Source: Paludibacteraceae bacterium (lineage in GTDB: Bacteria > Bacteroidota > Bacteroidia > Bacteroidales > Paludibacteraceae). Taken from it: a stretch of DNA of 64,000 nt. Numbering within the stretch: position 1 is the first letter of the stretch; every line of letters begins with the position of its first letter. A model generated the notes under the pieces. It searched no databases, was not told the origin of the DNA, and saw only the letters and a list, made by a program, of their open reading frames with translations. Positions 8,872 through 19,859 of the stretch are shown here, one piece after another. The DNA is taken from contig JAGPGD010000002.1 of assembly GCA_018056165.1 (NCBI GenBank), positions 7,686 to 71,685 on the forward strand. Direction: 5' to 3'. The position numbers and the translations under genes were made by a program.

Positions 8872-10848
8872 ATGAAAAATAACGAAAGAACTCAGGAAGG
8901 TGAAAATTTTATTCTTGATACCCATATTCCAGAAGGACCTTTGGCTGAAAAATGGACCAACTACAAAGCTCATCAAAAACTGGTGAATCCTGCCAACAAA
9001 CGTAAGTTAGATGTAATTGTAGTAGGGACGGGTTTGGCAGGAGCATCTGCGGCTGCTTCGTTGGGTGAATTAGGATTTAATGTGCTAAATTTTTGTATTC
9101 AGGATTCTCCACGTCGTGCACATTCTATAGCAGCTCAAGGGGGGATTAATGCAGCCAAAAATTATCAAAATGATGGTGATTCTGTCTTTCGACTTTTTTA
9201 TGATACGATAAAAGGCGGTGATTTTCGTTCGCGTGAAGCGAATGTTTATCGTTTAGCTGAAGTTTCCAATAATATTATTGATCAATGTGTGGCACAGGGT
9301 GTACCTTTTGCTCGTGAATATGGAGGATTACTTGAAAATCGGTCGTTTGGTGGTGCTCAGGTTTCCCGTACTTTTTATGCGAAAGGACAAACAGGACAAC
9401 AATTATTGTTAGGTGCTTATTCGGCTTTGAGTCGTCAAATTGCCAATGGTACTGTAAAAATATTTCCTCGTTATGAAATGTTAGATGTGGTCATTATTGA
9501 GGGGCGTGCTCGCGGAATCATTGCTCGTAATTTAATTACAGGAAGAATTGAACGTTATTTTGCCCATGCGGTAGTAATTGCTTCCGGAGGTTATGGAAAT
9601 ACGTATTTTCTTTCTACCAATGCAATGGCTTCAAATGGTTCCGCTGTAATGCAGATGTATAGAAAAGGTGCTTATTTTGCCAATCCTGCTTTTGTGCAGA
9701 TTCATCCTACGTGCATTCCTTTGCATGGTGATTATCAGTCAAAACTTACTTTAATGTCTGAATCGTTACGAAATGATGGACGTATTTGGGTACCCAAAAG
9801 AAAAGAAGATGCAGAAGCTATTCGAGCTGGGAAACTAAAACCAACCGATTTGAAAGAAGAAGACCGCGATTATTACTTGGAGCGTCGTTATCCTGCTTTT
9901 GGAAATCTTGTTCCGCGTGATATTGCTTCGCGTGCTGCTAAAGAACGTTGCGATGCTGGCTATGGAGTTGGGAATACGGGTTTGGCAGTTTATCTTGATT
10001 TTTCAGATGCTATTCAACGTTTGGGCGAAGAGGTAATTCGCGAACGTTATGGTAATCTTTTTCAGATGTATGAAAAAATTGTTGATGAAAATCCTTATAA
10101 AACACCCATGATGATTTATCCTGCTATTCATTATACGATGGGTGGCATTTGGGTTGATTATGAACTTCAAACTTCGATAAAAGGGTTGTTTTGTATTGGT
10201 GAAGCAAATTTTTCAGATCACGGTGCTAATCGTTTGGGAGCTTCGGCTTTAATGCAAGGTCTTGCCGATGGCTATTTCATCTTGCCTTACACTATACAGA
10301 ACTATTTAGCTGATCAAATTCAGGTTCCACGTATGGACACCGATTTGCCTGAATTTGATGAAGCAGAAAAAAATGTTACTAAAAGGATTAAAAAAGTAAT
10401 GAACATAAAAGGACAACGTACCGTTGATTCTATTCATCGTGAGTTGGGACTAATAATGTGGGATTTAGTAGGAATGTCGAGAAATAAAGAAGGACTTCAA
10501 ATTGCATTAGAAAAAATCAAAAATATTCGAAAGGAGTTTTGGAATAATGTTTATGTTCCAGGAGATGAGTATGATTTTAATAATGAGTTGGCAAAAGCTT
10601 TGCGTTTAGCCGATTTTATTGATATTGGAGAATTAATTGCACGTGATGCATTGATGCGAGAGGAATCTTGTGGGGGGCATTTCCGCGAAGAATATCAAAC
10701 TCCTGAGGGAGAAGCGCTGCGTAATGATGAGAAATTTTCATTTGTTTCTTGTTGGAAATATACAGGAGAAGATACAGAACCCATTTTGTTGAAAGAACCA
10801 CTTAAATTTGAATTTATTCAGTTTCAACAAAGAAATTATAAAGAATAA
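8872..10848 (+). CDS. sdhA: Succinate dehydrogenase/fumarate reductase flavoprotein subunit
   Basis: FAD motif [15 protein letters not shown], then [28 protein letters not shown] and [10 protein letters not shown]. The track ORF starts at 8722 inside sdhC; the ATG at 8872 (MKNNERT..) is the sensible start. Confidence 0.95.
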   Translation: MKNNERTQEGENFILDTHIPEGPLAEKWTNYKAHQKLVNPANKRKLDVIVVGTGLAGASAAASLGELGFNVLNFCIQDSPRRAHSIAAQGGINAAKNYQNDGDSVFRLFYDTIKGGDFRSREANVYRLAEVSNNIIDQCVAQGVPFAREYGGLLENRSFGGAQVSRTFYAKGQTGQQLLLGAYSALSRQIANGTVKIFPRYEMLDVVIIEGRARGIIARNLITGRIERYFAHAVVIASGGYGNTYFLSTNAMASNGSAVMQMYRKGAYFANPAFVQIHPTCIPLHGDYQSKLTLMSESLRNDGRIWVPKRKEDAEAIRAGKLKPTDLKEEDRDYYLERRYPAFGNLVPRDIASRAAKERCDAGYGVGNTGLAVYLDFSDAIQRLGEEVIRERYGNLFQMYEKIVDENPYKTPMMIYPAIHYTMGGIWVDYELQTSIKGLFCIGEANFSDHGANRLGASALMQGLADGYFILPYTIQNYLADQIQVPRMDTDLPEFDEAEKNVTKRIKKVMNIKGQRTVDSIHRELGLIMWDLVGMSRNKEGLQIALEKIKNIRKEFWNNVYVPGDEYDFNNELAKALRLADFIDIGELIARDALMREESCGGHFREEYQTPEGEALRNDEKFSFVSCWKYTGEDTEPILLKEPLKFEFIQFQQRNYKE

Positions 10849-10885
10849 GAAACAGAAATTCTTTTAAGAAAAAATATCAGTTTTT

Positions 10886-11641
10886 ATGGAGAAAACAATA
10901 AATATTACCTTGAAAATATGGCGGCAAGCCAGTGCCAAAGCTAAGGGAAAATTTGAAACTTATAATTTAGAAAATGTTCCAACCGATAGTTCTTTTTTGG
11001 AAATGTTGGATATATTAAATGAAAAATTAATTAAAGAACATATTGAGCCTATTGCTTTTGATCATGACTGTCGAGAAGGAATTTGTGGCATGTGTGGCTT
11101 GTACATCAATGGACATCCTCACGGTCCTGATACAGAGGTTACTACTTGTCAGCTTCACATGCGAAAATTTAAAGATGGCGATACCATTGTTGTTGAACCG
11201 TGGAGGTCGGCTGCTTTTCCTGTTGTGAAAGATTTGATTGTTGATCGAAGTGCTTTTGATAAAATCATTCAAGCTGGAGGTTTTATTTCAATAAACACAG
11301 GAGGAGCTCCTGATGCCAATAATATTCTTATTCCTAAGGATCATGCTGATGAAGCAATGGATGCTGCTACTTGCATCGGCTGTGGCGCGTGTGTAGCTGC
11401 TTGTAAAAATGCTTCTGCCATGTTGTTTGTTGCTGCCAAGGTAAGTCATTTGGCACTTTTACCTCAGGGGAAAGTAGAGGCAGCTAAGCGAGCTAAAGCA
11501 ATGGTGGCTAAAATGGAAGAACTTGGATTTGGAAACTGTACCAATACACGAGCTTGTGAAGCAGAATGTCCGAAAAGTGTTTCTATTTCAAATATCGCTC
11601 GTTTGAATAGAGAATATTTATCAGCTAAATTTAAAGATTAA
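10886..11641 (+). CDS. sdhB: Succinate dehydrogenase/fumarate reductase iron-sulfur subunit
   Basis: Cys clusters [21 protein letters not shown] and [12 protein letters not shown]. 251 aa. Confidence 0.95.
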   Translation: MEKTINITLKIWRQASAKAKGKFETYNLENVPTDSSFLEMLDILNEKLIKEHIEPIAFDHDCREGICGMCGLYINGHPHGPDTEVTTCQLHMRKFKDGDTIVVEPWRSAAFPVVKDLIVDRSAFDKIIQAGGFISINTGGAPDANNILIPKDHADEAMDAATCIGCGACVAACKNASAMLFVAAKVSHLALLPQGKVEAAKRAKAMVAKMEELGFGNCTNTRACEAECPKSVSISNIARLNREYLSAKFKD

Positions 11642-11666
11642 AAAATCTTAGAGTTTTGATTTAAAG

Positions 11667-11710
11667 AGGTTTATTACTTAAAGTAATAAGCCTTTTCTAT
11701 TTTTTATAAT
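11667..11710 (+). terminator. Rho-independent terminator after sdhB
   Basis: Stem AGGTTTATTACTT / AAGTAATAAGCCT (one mismatch) followed by TTTTCTATTTTTT. Confidence 0.6.
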
Positions 11711-12388
11711 GAATGAAGATGTTTTTTACATCAAAACCTCATTATATTTTAAAAGCATAAATGCAATGAAAATACTTGTCAATTTTAACTTTATCCTGCT
11801 AAAAACCTCAATGAATACAAATAAATCCATAACTAAGCCTTACCATCTTATAAAAAAACAAGATTAAGATTGAAAAGTAAACATTAAGTCGTTATAAATA
11901 AGGTAATAAGGTTTATAAAAGGAATGAAATTTCAATGTTATTAAGGTTAAAAAAATTATAAGGTTTTAAAGGCAGAAACTAAAAACAATAGAAATTTTTA
12001 TGCTAAAAACTTGCAAATAGTAATTAAAGAACAGTAATTTTTTTATTGAAAAGTGGAAAGTCATTTAAAAAGAAACCTTATTTTTCAAAAAAACCTTAAT
12101 GGCTTATAACAAACAAATTAACCAAACCTTACTATCTTATAAAAAACAAAATCAAGATAAATTAAAGCGTAAATTCAAGTAATTAAATGAATCTGACTTC
12201 AAATAGATAAATAAATACAGATATTTTTAAGTATAAAGATAATTTTTTTAACTTCTTATCTGTTTTTTCAAAATACTGATATGGTTTAACTTAATAAAAT
12301 TATTCTCAGATAAAAATTTTCAAAATTTGTGATATAAAATTCTTAGTCAGTTTTTATCATACTGCTTGTACAAAAAAAGAAAAAGCAG

Positions 12389-12396
12389 TAATTTTG
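12389..12396 (+). promoter_or_regulatory. -7 promoter box TAATTTTG upstream of the CPSase gene
   Basis: TAnnTTTG match 106 nt upstream of the ATG at 12502. Confidence 0.3.
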
Positions 12397-12501
12397 TAAA
12401 AATTTGAACATAATAAAAATGTGCAAAAGTGATCATTAAAATTCAGCAAAAGGAATTATATACTCTGAGTTCCTTAACAAAATTAGTTAATCATTTATTT
12501 T

Positions 12502-15500
12502 ATGCAAGAATATAAACCTATTCACTTAGTTTTAGAAGATGGGACTGTTTTTAAAGGTAAATCTTTCGGTTATGAAAAGCAAGTAGCAGGAGAAGTGGTT
12601 TTTAATACTTCAATGGTAGGTTATCCTGAAAGTTTAACAGATTCTTCTAATCGTGGTCAGTTATTGGTTTTTACTTATCCACTTATCGGTAATTATGGAG
12701 TCCCTCAGGATCAATTAAATAACGGAATATCAACTTTTTTTGAATCGGAAAGAATACAGGCAGCAGGCTTAATTGTTTCCGATTTTTCGTTTCAATATAG
12801 CCATTGGAATGCTACAAAAAGTTTAAGTGAATGGCTGAAAGAAAATCAAATTCCAGCCGCTTTTGACATAGATACACGTGAATTAACCAAGTTGGTTCGT
12901 GAAAAAGGAACCATGAAAGGAAAATTAGTTTTTCCTGATGGTGAAAACATTGATTTTATCGATCCTGACAAGGAAAATCAAGTAGCAAAAGTAAGTTGTA
13001 AAGAGGTAATTACTTATGGAAATGGAAAACATCGGATTGTATTAGTGGATTGTGGAGTAAAACACAGTGTTTTACGTAGTTTACTTAAATATAATACGAC
13101 TATTATTCGTGTTCCCTGGGATTATGATTTTAATCAGTTAGAATTTGATGCATTGTTTATTTCAAACGGACCGGGCGATCCTTTACATTGTATTTCTACT
13201 ATTGAGCATATACATGCTACGATGGAAAAGAGCAATAAACCTATTTTTGGTATTTGTATAGGGAATCAATTATTGGCTATGGCTGGAGGAGCTCAACGAT
13301 ATAAATTAAAATATGGTCACCGCAGTAGTAATCAACCAGTTCAACTGGTAGGCACACAACATGCTTTTATTACTTCTCAAAATCACGGTTTTGCTATTAA
13401 CAATCAAACACTTGATAAAAATTGGGCACCATTATTTTTGAATATTAATGATGGTACTAATGAAGGTATTTATCATACTACTAAACCCTGGTTTTCTGTG
13501 CAATTTCATCCTGAAGCTTCGGCAGGCCCAACTGATACGGAATTTTTATTTGATGTTTTTATTAAAACATTGACACAAAAAGGGGGAAATATTTACGAAT
13601 TAATTGAAGAAGAATTAAGTTTATTACAAGTTAAGAAACACCCTTATAATGGTCCTGAAAAAGGTGAAATAAAGAAAGTACTGGTATTAGGCTCAGGAGC
13701 GTTGAAAATTGGTGAAGCAGGAGAATTTGACTATTCTGGATCTCAAGCATTGAAAGCCTTAAAAGAAGAAGGCGTTCAAACAGTATTAATTAATCCCAAT
13801 ATTGCTACCGTACAAACTTCTGAAGGTATTGCAGATAAAGTATATTTTTTGCCTATTACACCTTATTTTGTAGAACGTGTAATTGAAAAAGAACGACCTG
13901 ATGGTATCTTTCTGTCTTTTGGTGGACAAACAGCATTAAATTGTGGAGTCGCCCTTTACCAAAATAATATTTTTGAAAAATATAAGGTGCGAGTATTAGG
14001 AACGCCAGTTCAAGCTATTATTGATACGGAAGACAGAGAAATTTTCAATCAGCGTTTATCTGAAATAAATGTAAAATATATTCAAAGTCAAGCAGTTACT
14101 CATTTGAATGAAGCTTACGAAGCCGCACATAAAGTGGGTTATCCTATTATTGTGCGAGCCGCTTATGCTTTGGGGGGATTAGGAAGTGGTTTTTGCAATA
14201 ATGATGAGGAACTAAAATCTGTTGTCGAAAAAGCTTTTTCTTATTCACCACAGGTTTTAATTGAAAAATCCTTAAAAGGCTGGAAAGAAATTGAATATGA
14301 AGTAGTTCGTGATAGATATGATAATTGTATCACAGTTTGTAGCATGGAAAATTTCGATCCGCTGGGTATTCATACAGGCGAGAGTGTGGTAGTTGCTCCC
14401 TCACAAACTTTGACCAATAGTGAATATTACAAATTACGTGAATTGTCCATCCGAATTATTCGTCATATTGGCATCATTGGCGAATGTAACATACAATATG
14501 CTCTCGATCCGAATTCTGAAGATTATCGTGTCATTGAAGTGAATGCTCGGTTGAGTCGTTCTTCAGCATTGGCTTCAAAAGCAACGGGTTATCCGCTGGC
14601 TTTTATTGCTACAAAATTAGGTTTGGGATATGGTTTGGCAGAATTAAAAAATTCTATCACCAAAGTCACTTCTGCTTTTTTTGAACCAGCGGTAGATTAT
14701 GTTGTTTGCAAAATTCCACGTTGGGATTTGAATAAATTTAATGGTGTTTCTCATTTATTAGGTAGCAGTATGAAATCGGTGGGGGAAGTTATGTCAATTG
14801 GGCGTTCATTTGAAGAAATCTTTCAAAAAGGATTGCGAATGGTAGGACTTGGAATGCACGGATTTGTTGCCAATAGAGATTATTTTGTAGATGATATTGA
14901 TGATGCTCTTTCTCAACCGACTGATAAACGTGTATTTTATCTTGCACAAGCCTTACACGAGGGTTATTCTATTGATCGATTGTATGAATTAACAAAAATA
15001 GATCGATGGTTTCTTTACAAATTAAAACATATTATTGATTTGGAAAAGGAATTAATGGGTTATAATTCTTTATCATCTCTGCCTGATAAGTTATTGTATG
15101 AAGCTAAAAAAGATGGTTTTTCTGATTTTCAGATTACACGGCTTGTTCTTAAATGCAGTAGCGATGAAATGGATGATATGATAAAAGTGACGCGTGAATA
15201 TCGGAAAAGTCGAAATATTTTACCTGTTGTCAAACAAATTGATACGCTGGCGGCTGAATATCCTGCACAAACTAACTACTTGTATTTAACATATAATGGA
15301 GCTACTCATGATATTCAGTATGAAAACGACCAGCTTTCAGTTATAGTTCTTGGTTCAGGAGCTTACCGAATCGGTTCTTCTGTGGAATTTGATTGGTGTA
15401 GTGTAAATGCTCTGATGACTATCAAAAAAGAAGGTTATCGTTCTGTGATGATCAACTATAATCCTGAAACCGTCTCAACTGATTATGACATGTGCGATCG

Positions 15501-16875
15501 ATTATATTTTGATGAATTGACTTTTGAACGGGTAATGGATATTATTGAGCTGGAAAATCCAAAAGGTGTAATTGTTTCAACTGGCGGGCAAATACCTAAC
15601 AATCTGGCTTTGAAATTAGCTAAGGCAAATGTAAAAATATTAGGTACGCAAGCTGAATTTATAGATATGGCTGAAGATCGTCATAAATTTTCTGCTATGC
15701 TTGATCAATTGGGAATTGATCAGCCACGATGGAAAGAATTGACTACTTTTGAAGATGTTAAAGAATTTGTGAATCGAATTGGATACCCCGTATTGGTTCG
15801 TCCTTCTTATGTATTATCGGGTGCTGCTATGAATGTTTGTTATGATGATTCGCAACTTGAAAATTTCTTAAAAGTTGCAACGGAAGTTTCTAAAAAGCAT
15901 CCAGTAGTAGTTTCAGAATTTTTGGAACGTTGCAAGGAAATAGAAATTGATGCAGTTGCCGATAAGGGTGAAATTATTGCTTACGCTATTTCAGAACACA
16001 TAGAATTTGCTGGTGTACATTCAGGCGATGCCACCACTCAATTTCCACCACAAAAAATTTATGTAGAAACCATTCGCAGGATTAAAAATATCGCTCGACA
16101 AATTGCTCATTCCTTGCAAATTTCAGGACCATTTAACATTCAGTTTTTGGCGCGTGATAATTATATAAAAGTAATTGAATGTAATTTGCGTTCTTCACGA
16201 AGTTTTCCTTTTGTTTCAAAAGTGTTGAAAATAAATTTCATTGATTTAGCAACCAGAATTATGTTGGGACTTCCTGTGGAAAAACCTGAAAAATCGGCTT
16301 TTGACTTAGATTATGTTGGTATTAAAGCTTCTCAATTTTCATTTGCACGTTTGCAGCAAGCTGACCCCATTTTAGGAGTAGATATGGCTTCAACGGGAGA
16401 AGTTGGCTGTTTAGGTGATGATTTTTCAGAAGCAGTTTTAAAAGCTTTGTTATCAGTTGGTTTTAAAATTCCGGAGAAAAATATTCTGATTTCTTCAGGT
16501 GAACCAAAATCAAAAGTGGATTTGCTTGATGCTTGCAGGTTACTGTATAAAAAAGGTTATCAGATTTATGCTACAAGAGGAAGCCATCAATTTTTAGCTG
16601 AAAATGGCATTGAAAGTAAAGTAGTCCTGTGGCCTGATGAAGAAGGCGAGTATAATGTCAAGGATATGATTGCACAAAGAAAATTTGATTTGGTAATTAA
16701 TATTCCAAAGAATGTAACTCAACGTGAATTGGCAAATGATTATGTCATACGTCGCAGTGCTATCGATTATAATATCCCTTTATTAACAAACGCACGACTT
16801 GCCAGTGCTTTTATTTTTGCTTTTTGTAATATAAAATTGGAAGATATTAAAATAAAAAGCTGGGATGAATACTAA
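12502..16875 (+). CDS. carAB: Carbamoyl-phosphate synthase, glutamine amidotransferase (CarA) and synthetase (CarB) fused in one 1457-aa chain
   Basis: The N-terminal ~375 aa are CarA-like (VFNTSMVGYPESLTD, GICIGNQLL, FHPEAS). A ~40-aa linker is followed by a full CarB (VLVLGSGALKIGEAGEFDYSG, a second ATP-grasp half VIVLGSGAYRIGSSVEFDW, and a C-terminal MGS-like domain). There is no stop codon between the parts. Confidence 0.9.
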   Translation: MQEYKPIHLVLEDGTVFKGKSFGYEKQVAGEVVFNTSMVGYPESLTDSSNRGQLLVFTYPLIGNYGVPQDQLNNGISTFFESERIQAAGLIVSDFSFQYSHWNATKSLSEWLKENQIPAAFDIDTRELTKLVREKGTMKGKLVFPDGENIDFIDPDKENQVAKVSCKEVITYGNGKHRIVLVDCGVKHSVLRSLLKYNTTIIRVPWDYDFNQLEFDALFISNGPGDPLHCISTIEHIHATMEKSNKPIFGICIGNQLLAMAGGAQRYKLKYGHRSSNQPVQLVGTQHAFITSQNHGFAINNQTLDKNWAPLFLNINDGTNEGIYHTTKPWFSVQFHPEASAGPTDTEFLFDVFIKTLTQKGGNIYELIEEELSLLQVKKHPYNGPEKGEIKKVLVLGSGALKIGEAGEFDYSGSQALKALKEEGVQTVLINPNIATVQTSEGIADKVYFLPITPYFVERVIEKERPDGIFLSFGGQTALNCGVALYQNNIFEKYKVRVLGTPVQAIIDTEDREIFNQRLSEINVKYIQSQAVTHLNEAYEAAHKVGYPIIVRAAYALGGLGSGFCNNDEELKSVVEKAFSYSPQVLIEKSLKGWKEIEYEVVRDRYDNCITVCSMENFDPLGIHTGESVVVAPSQTLTNSEYYKLRELSIRIIRHIGIIGECNIQYALDPNSEDYRVIEVNARLSRSSALASKATGYPLAFIATKLGLGYGLAELKNSITKVTSAFFEPAVDYVVCKIPRWDLNKFNGVSHLLGSSMKSVGEVMSIGRSFEEIFQKGLRMVGLGMHGFVANRDYFVDDIDDALSQPTDKRVFYLAQALHEGYSIDRLYELTKIDRWFLYKLKHIIDLEKELMGYNSLSSLPDKLLYEAKKDGFSDFQITRLVLKCSSDEMDDMIKVTREYRKSRNILPVVKQIDTLAAEYPAQTNYLYLTYNGATHDIQYENDQLSVIVLGSGAYRIGSSVEFDWCSVNALMTIKKEGYRSVMINYNPETVSTDYDMCDRLYFDELTFERVMDIIELENPKGVIVSTGGQIPNNLALKLAKANVKILGTQAEFIDMAEDRHKFSAMLDQLGIDQPRWKELTTFEDVKEFVNRIGYPVLVRPSYVLSGAAMNVCYDDSQLENFLKVATEVSKKHPVVVSEFLERCKEIEIDAVADKGEIIAYAISEHIEFAGVHSGDATTQFPPQKIYVETIRRIKNIARQIAHSLQISGPFNIQFLARDNYIKVIECNLRSSRSFPFVSKVLKINFIDLATRIMLGLPVEKPEKSAFDLDYVGIKASQFSFARLQQADPILGVDMASTGEVGCLGDDFSEAVLKALLSVGFKIPEKNILISSGEPKSKVDLLDACRLLYKKGYQIYATRGSHQFLAENGIESKVVLWPDEEGEYNVKDMIAQRKFDLVINIPKNVTQRELANDYVIRRSAIDYNIPLLTNARLASAFIFAFCNIKLEDIKIKSWDEY

Positions 16876-16976
16876 TTTTGAAAAATAATTTCTACTAATA
16901 CCAATCAATGAATTGTTGTTTTCGATGAAATGTAGAAAACAGAAAAATAGATTTCGTTTAAATTAAAAAATTTGGT

Positions 16977-16984
16977 TATTTTTG
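16977..16984 (+). promoter_or_regulatory. -7 promoter box TATTTTTG upstream of tRNA-Pro
   Basis: TAnnTTTG match 18 nt upstream of the tRNA 5' end. Confidence 0.45.
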
Positions 16985-17001
16985 TATTCCTTTCATAAAA
17001 T

Positions 17002-17077
17002 CGGGATGTAGCTCAGTCCGGTTTAGAGTACGCGTCTGGGGGGCGTGTGGTCGCTGGTTCGAATCCAGTCATCCCGA
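17002..17077 (+). tRNA. tRNA-Pro(GGG): tRNA-Pro, anticodon GGG
   Basis: Folded by hand. Acceptor CGGGATG/CATCCCG, D stem GCTC/GAGT, anticodon stem CGCGT/GCGTG with loop CTGGGGG (anticodon GGG, G37), T stem GCTGG/CCAGT with loop TTCGAAT, discriminator A. 76 nt, no encoded CCA. Confidence 0.9.
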
Positions 17078-17138
17078 CAAAATTATAAAAGACTGTTAAA
17101 CAACAATTTAACACTCTTTTCTTTTCTTTGAAATTATC

Positions 17139-18383
17139 TTATAATAATTCCTTTATCATTACTAACGCTGCTTGAGTAGCTCTTTCGATATTTTGTTCTC
17201 GCGTATTGCTAAAATGAAAAATTTTACTGACTAATTTTTCTTCTGAACAAGCAGCTATCCAAACTGTGCCAACAGGTTTTTCTGGACTTCCACCTGTAGG
17301 TCCTGCTATTCCAGAAGTAGCTACAGCAATATCAGCATTTAATAAGCGACGAACGCCAGCAGCCATTTGTTCAACCACTGGCTGGCTAACAGCTCCAAAT
17401 TTTTCAAGATCGTCAGTTGAAACTCCCAAAAGGTTGATTTTTACTTCATTATCGTAAGCTACAACGGAGCCTTTAAAATAATTGGAACTTCCTGAATGAG
17501 AAGTAAACCGATGAGCAATGTTCCCTCCGGTACAGCTTTCAGCCGTTACTACCGTTTTTTCTTGCGAAAGCAATAATTTTGCAACAACCTGTTCCATGGG
17601 AAGGTCCTCATAAGCAACAATGGCATTTCCCAATATCAGTGTTAAAGCATCAATTTGCTGATTAAGTGAAAATTCCAGAGAAAGAAGATTATCTGAAGTG
17701 CCACTCAACCGCAACTTTACAATTCCATAATTAGGTAAATAGGCTAAATGAATGTTTTCGGGCAAATTTTTTTCCCAGTCTGCAATTTTAATAGCTAAAT
17801 CCGATTCAGAATATCCGAAAACCTGGACAGTCTTGTGTATAATTTTAGGCGTTTTAAAATAAGCTTGCAACTTAGGCATCACTTCTCTGCTCATGGCTTC
17901 TTTCATTTCGTAAGGAACACCTGGCATGGAAACAATTATTTTTTTATCTTTTTCGAACCACATAATAGGAGCAGTACCTACGGTGTTTTGAATTACTTCG
18001 CAATTTTCTGGGACAAAAGCTTGTGAACGAGTCAAATCATTAATAACAAATTCTGGTCGAGAAGCAAACACCTTTTTAATATTTTCCAAAATGGAAGAAT
18101 CAAATATTAATTTCGTATTAAAATATTTACACAAAGTCTTTTTTGTGATGTCATCATTAGTAGGTCCTAATCCACCAGTCATCAGTACAATATCCACATG
18201 TTTCATAGCGGCATGTAAAGCATCTATAATTTGTTTTTCCTCATCATGTACGGAGGTTATTTGGAAAACTTCAAAGCCTATTTTATTTAATTCTTGGGCT
18301 ATCCAGGCTGAATTGGTATCAACAATTTGACCAATTAAAATTTCATCTCCAATTGTAATAATTTCAACTTTAGGGGTTTTCAT
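17139..18383 (-). CDS. cinA: CinA family protein (MoCF-like domain plus nicotinamide-nucleotide amidohydrolase PncC domain)
   Basis: N-terminus VEIITIGDEILIGQIVDTNSAWIA..., then TGGLGPTNDDITK. The C-terminal domain has TAESCTGG and SGIAGPTGG. Confidence 0.9.
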   Translation of the reverse strand: MKTPKVEIITIGDEILIGQIVDTNSAWIAQELNKIGFEVFQITSVHDEEKQIIDALHAAMKHVDIVLMTGGLGPTNDDITKKTLCKYFNTKLIFDSSILENIKKVFASRPEFVINDLTRSQAFVPENCEVIQNTVGTAPIMWFEKDKKIIVSMPGVPYEMKEAMSREVMPKLQAYFKTPKIIHKTVQVFGYSESDLAIKIADWEKNLPENIHLAYLPNYGIVKLRLSGTSDNLLSLEFSLNQQIDALTLILGNAIVAYEDLPMEQVVAKLLLSQEKTVVTAESCTGGNIAHRFTSHSGSSNYFKGSVVAYDNEVKINLLGVSTDDLEKFGAVSQPVVEQMAAGVRRLLNADIAVATSGIAGPTGGSPEKPVGTVWIAACSEEKLVSKIFHFSNTREQNIERATQAALVMIKELL

Positions 18384-18425
18384 GCTTAAATTATAATTTT
18401 TTGTTGTATGAATAAATTTGATATT

Positions 18426-19007
18426 TTATATTTTTTTTGATTCTTCTTCCTGAGCAATTTTTTCTAACTGACCATACCAATTCTCACCAAAGCGACGAAT
18501 CAAAGCGTTCTTCAGAAAACGGTAAAGCGGTATTTGTAAATTTTCTCCTTGTTTGTAACCGTAAAGACAAGGATACCAATGATGAACGTTTACCGCCACA
18601 AATTCATCATAATTTTGCAATCGTACAGGATATAAATGGCAGGAAACAGGTTTTGGAAAATCAGTTTTACCCTCACAAAAAGCTTTTTCAAAGACACATT
18701 TACAAGTACCATCCGCATCGAAATAAGTAAAAACACATTCTTTACCCTCGACTAATGAAGTTACAGTATCTCCATCTTCGTCGATATACCAAAAACCTTG
18801 ATTTTCAATAATTTGTCTTTCTTTTTCAGATAAATCGTCCCAGACGATTGGTAAAATTTTTTCTATGATTTCAATTTCACTTTTCTCCAGAGGAGCACCC
18901 GAAACACCTTCAACGCAACAAATTCCCTTGCAGAAAGACAAATCACATGCAAACCTATCAGTTATCAAATCGCTGCTGACAAGGGTTTCGTCTATTTGAA
19001 ATATCAT
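18426..19007 (-). CDS. Cys-rich DUF3109-like protein
   Basis: 193 aa with Cys motifs (FACDLSFCKGICCVEG, CVFTYFDADGTCKC). It resembles the Bacteroidetes DUF3109 family from memory only. Confidence 0.5.
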   Translation of the reverse strand: MIFQIDETLVSSDLITDRFACDLSFCKGICCVEGVSGAPLEKSEIEIIEKILPIVWDDLSEKERQIIENQGFWYIDEDGDTVTSLVEGKECVFTYFDADGTCKCVFEKAFCEGKTDFPKPVSCHLYPVRLQNYDEFVAVNVHHWYPCLYGYKQGENLQIPLYRFLKNALIRRFGENWYGQLEKIAQEEESKKI

Positions 19008-19120
19008 TTCTTTATTAAATATGTTTTAAATAGTTTTCTAAATTTGAAAAAAACATGCTAAATTACGCATTTTCGTTAGAAACTGGATATTATTTTTAAA
19101 AGAAAATCCAAAAATCACCC

Positions 19121-19627
19121 TTATTTTTCGCCGATTTCGATGACTTCAAGATCTTTAATTTCTTTTCTGTCAATCTTCAAACGAATGATAGTTTGTATTT
19201 TATGAATTCCAAATTTACCTTCTGCGCCAGGATTAACATACAAGAAATGGAATTTTTTATCATATTTCACTTTCAAAATATGACTGTGTCCACAGACAAA
19301 CAAATCAGGAGGTTGATGAATAAAAACAGATTGGATGGCTGGTAAATATTTACCTTGTTGCGTACCTATATGTGTTAACCATACATCGACTTCTTCACAC
19401 AGAAAGCGATTATACTCAGGAAAAACAGCACGAACATCATAACCATCCATGTTACCATATACTCCCCGAACGGGCTTAAATTGAGTTAATGAATTTACTA
19501 CTTCCATTGAACCCCAATCGCCTGCATGCCATATTTCATCACAATCGGCAAAATATTCAAAAACTCGATCATCTAAAAAACCATGCGTATCGGAAAGAAT
19601 ACCAATTTTTTTCATATTTTTTGACAA
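19121..19627 (-). CDS. Metallophosphoesterase (YfcE/MJ0936 family phosphodiesterase)
   Basis: Motifs ILSDTHG, HAGD, GNMD and CGHSH in the canonical order. 168 aa. Confidence 0.8.
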   Translation of the reverse strand: MSKNMKKIGILSDTHGFLDDRVFEYFADCDEIWHAGDWGSMEVVNSLTQFKPVRGVYGNMDGYDVRAVFPEYNRFLCEEVDVWLTHIGTQQGKYLPAIQSVFIHQPPDLFVCGHSHILKVKYDKKFHFLYVNPGAEGKFGIHKIQTIIRLKIDRKEIKDLEVIEIGEK

Positions 19628-19859
19628 TTACAGAATGTTTTCGTCGGTAGTTGATATAACAAAAATTACTTTGAGAAATTGATATAAAGTTAATAAAAGA
19701 ACCTAAATGAAGAACCATTTTTTATTATCTATTGAGAATTTTTTAGGTTTTCATTTATTGTGGCACAATCGTTGTTGTATTTTTTATTGAAGGAATGAGT
19801 GCTTTTAGTATTTGTTTAAAACCTGCCAAATTAGCTATTAAAAAATTTCTTTTTTTGGA

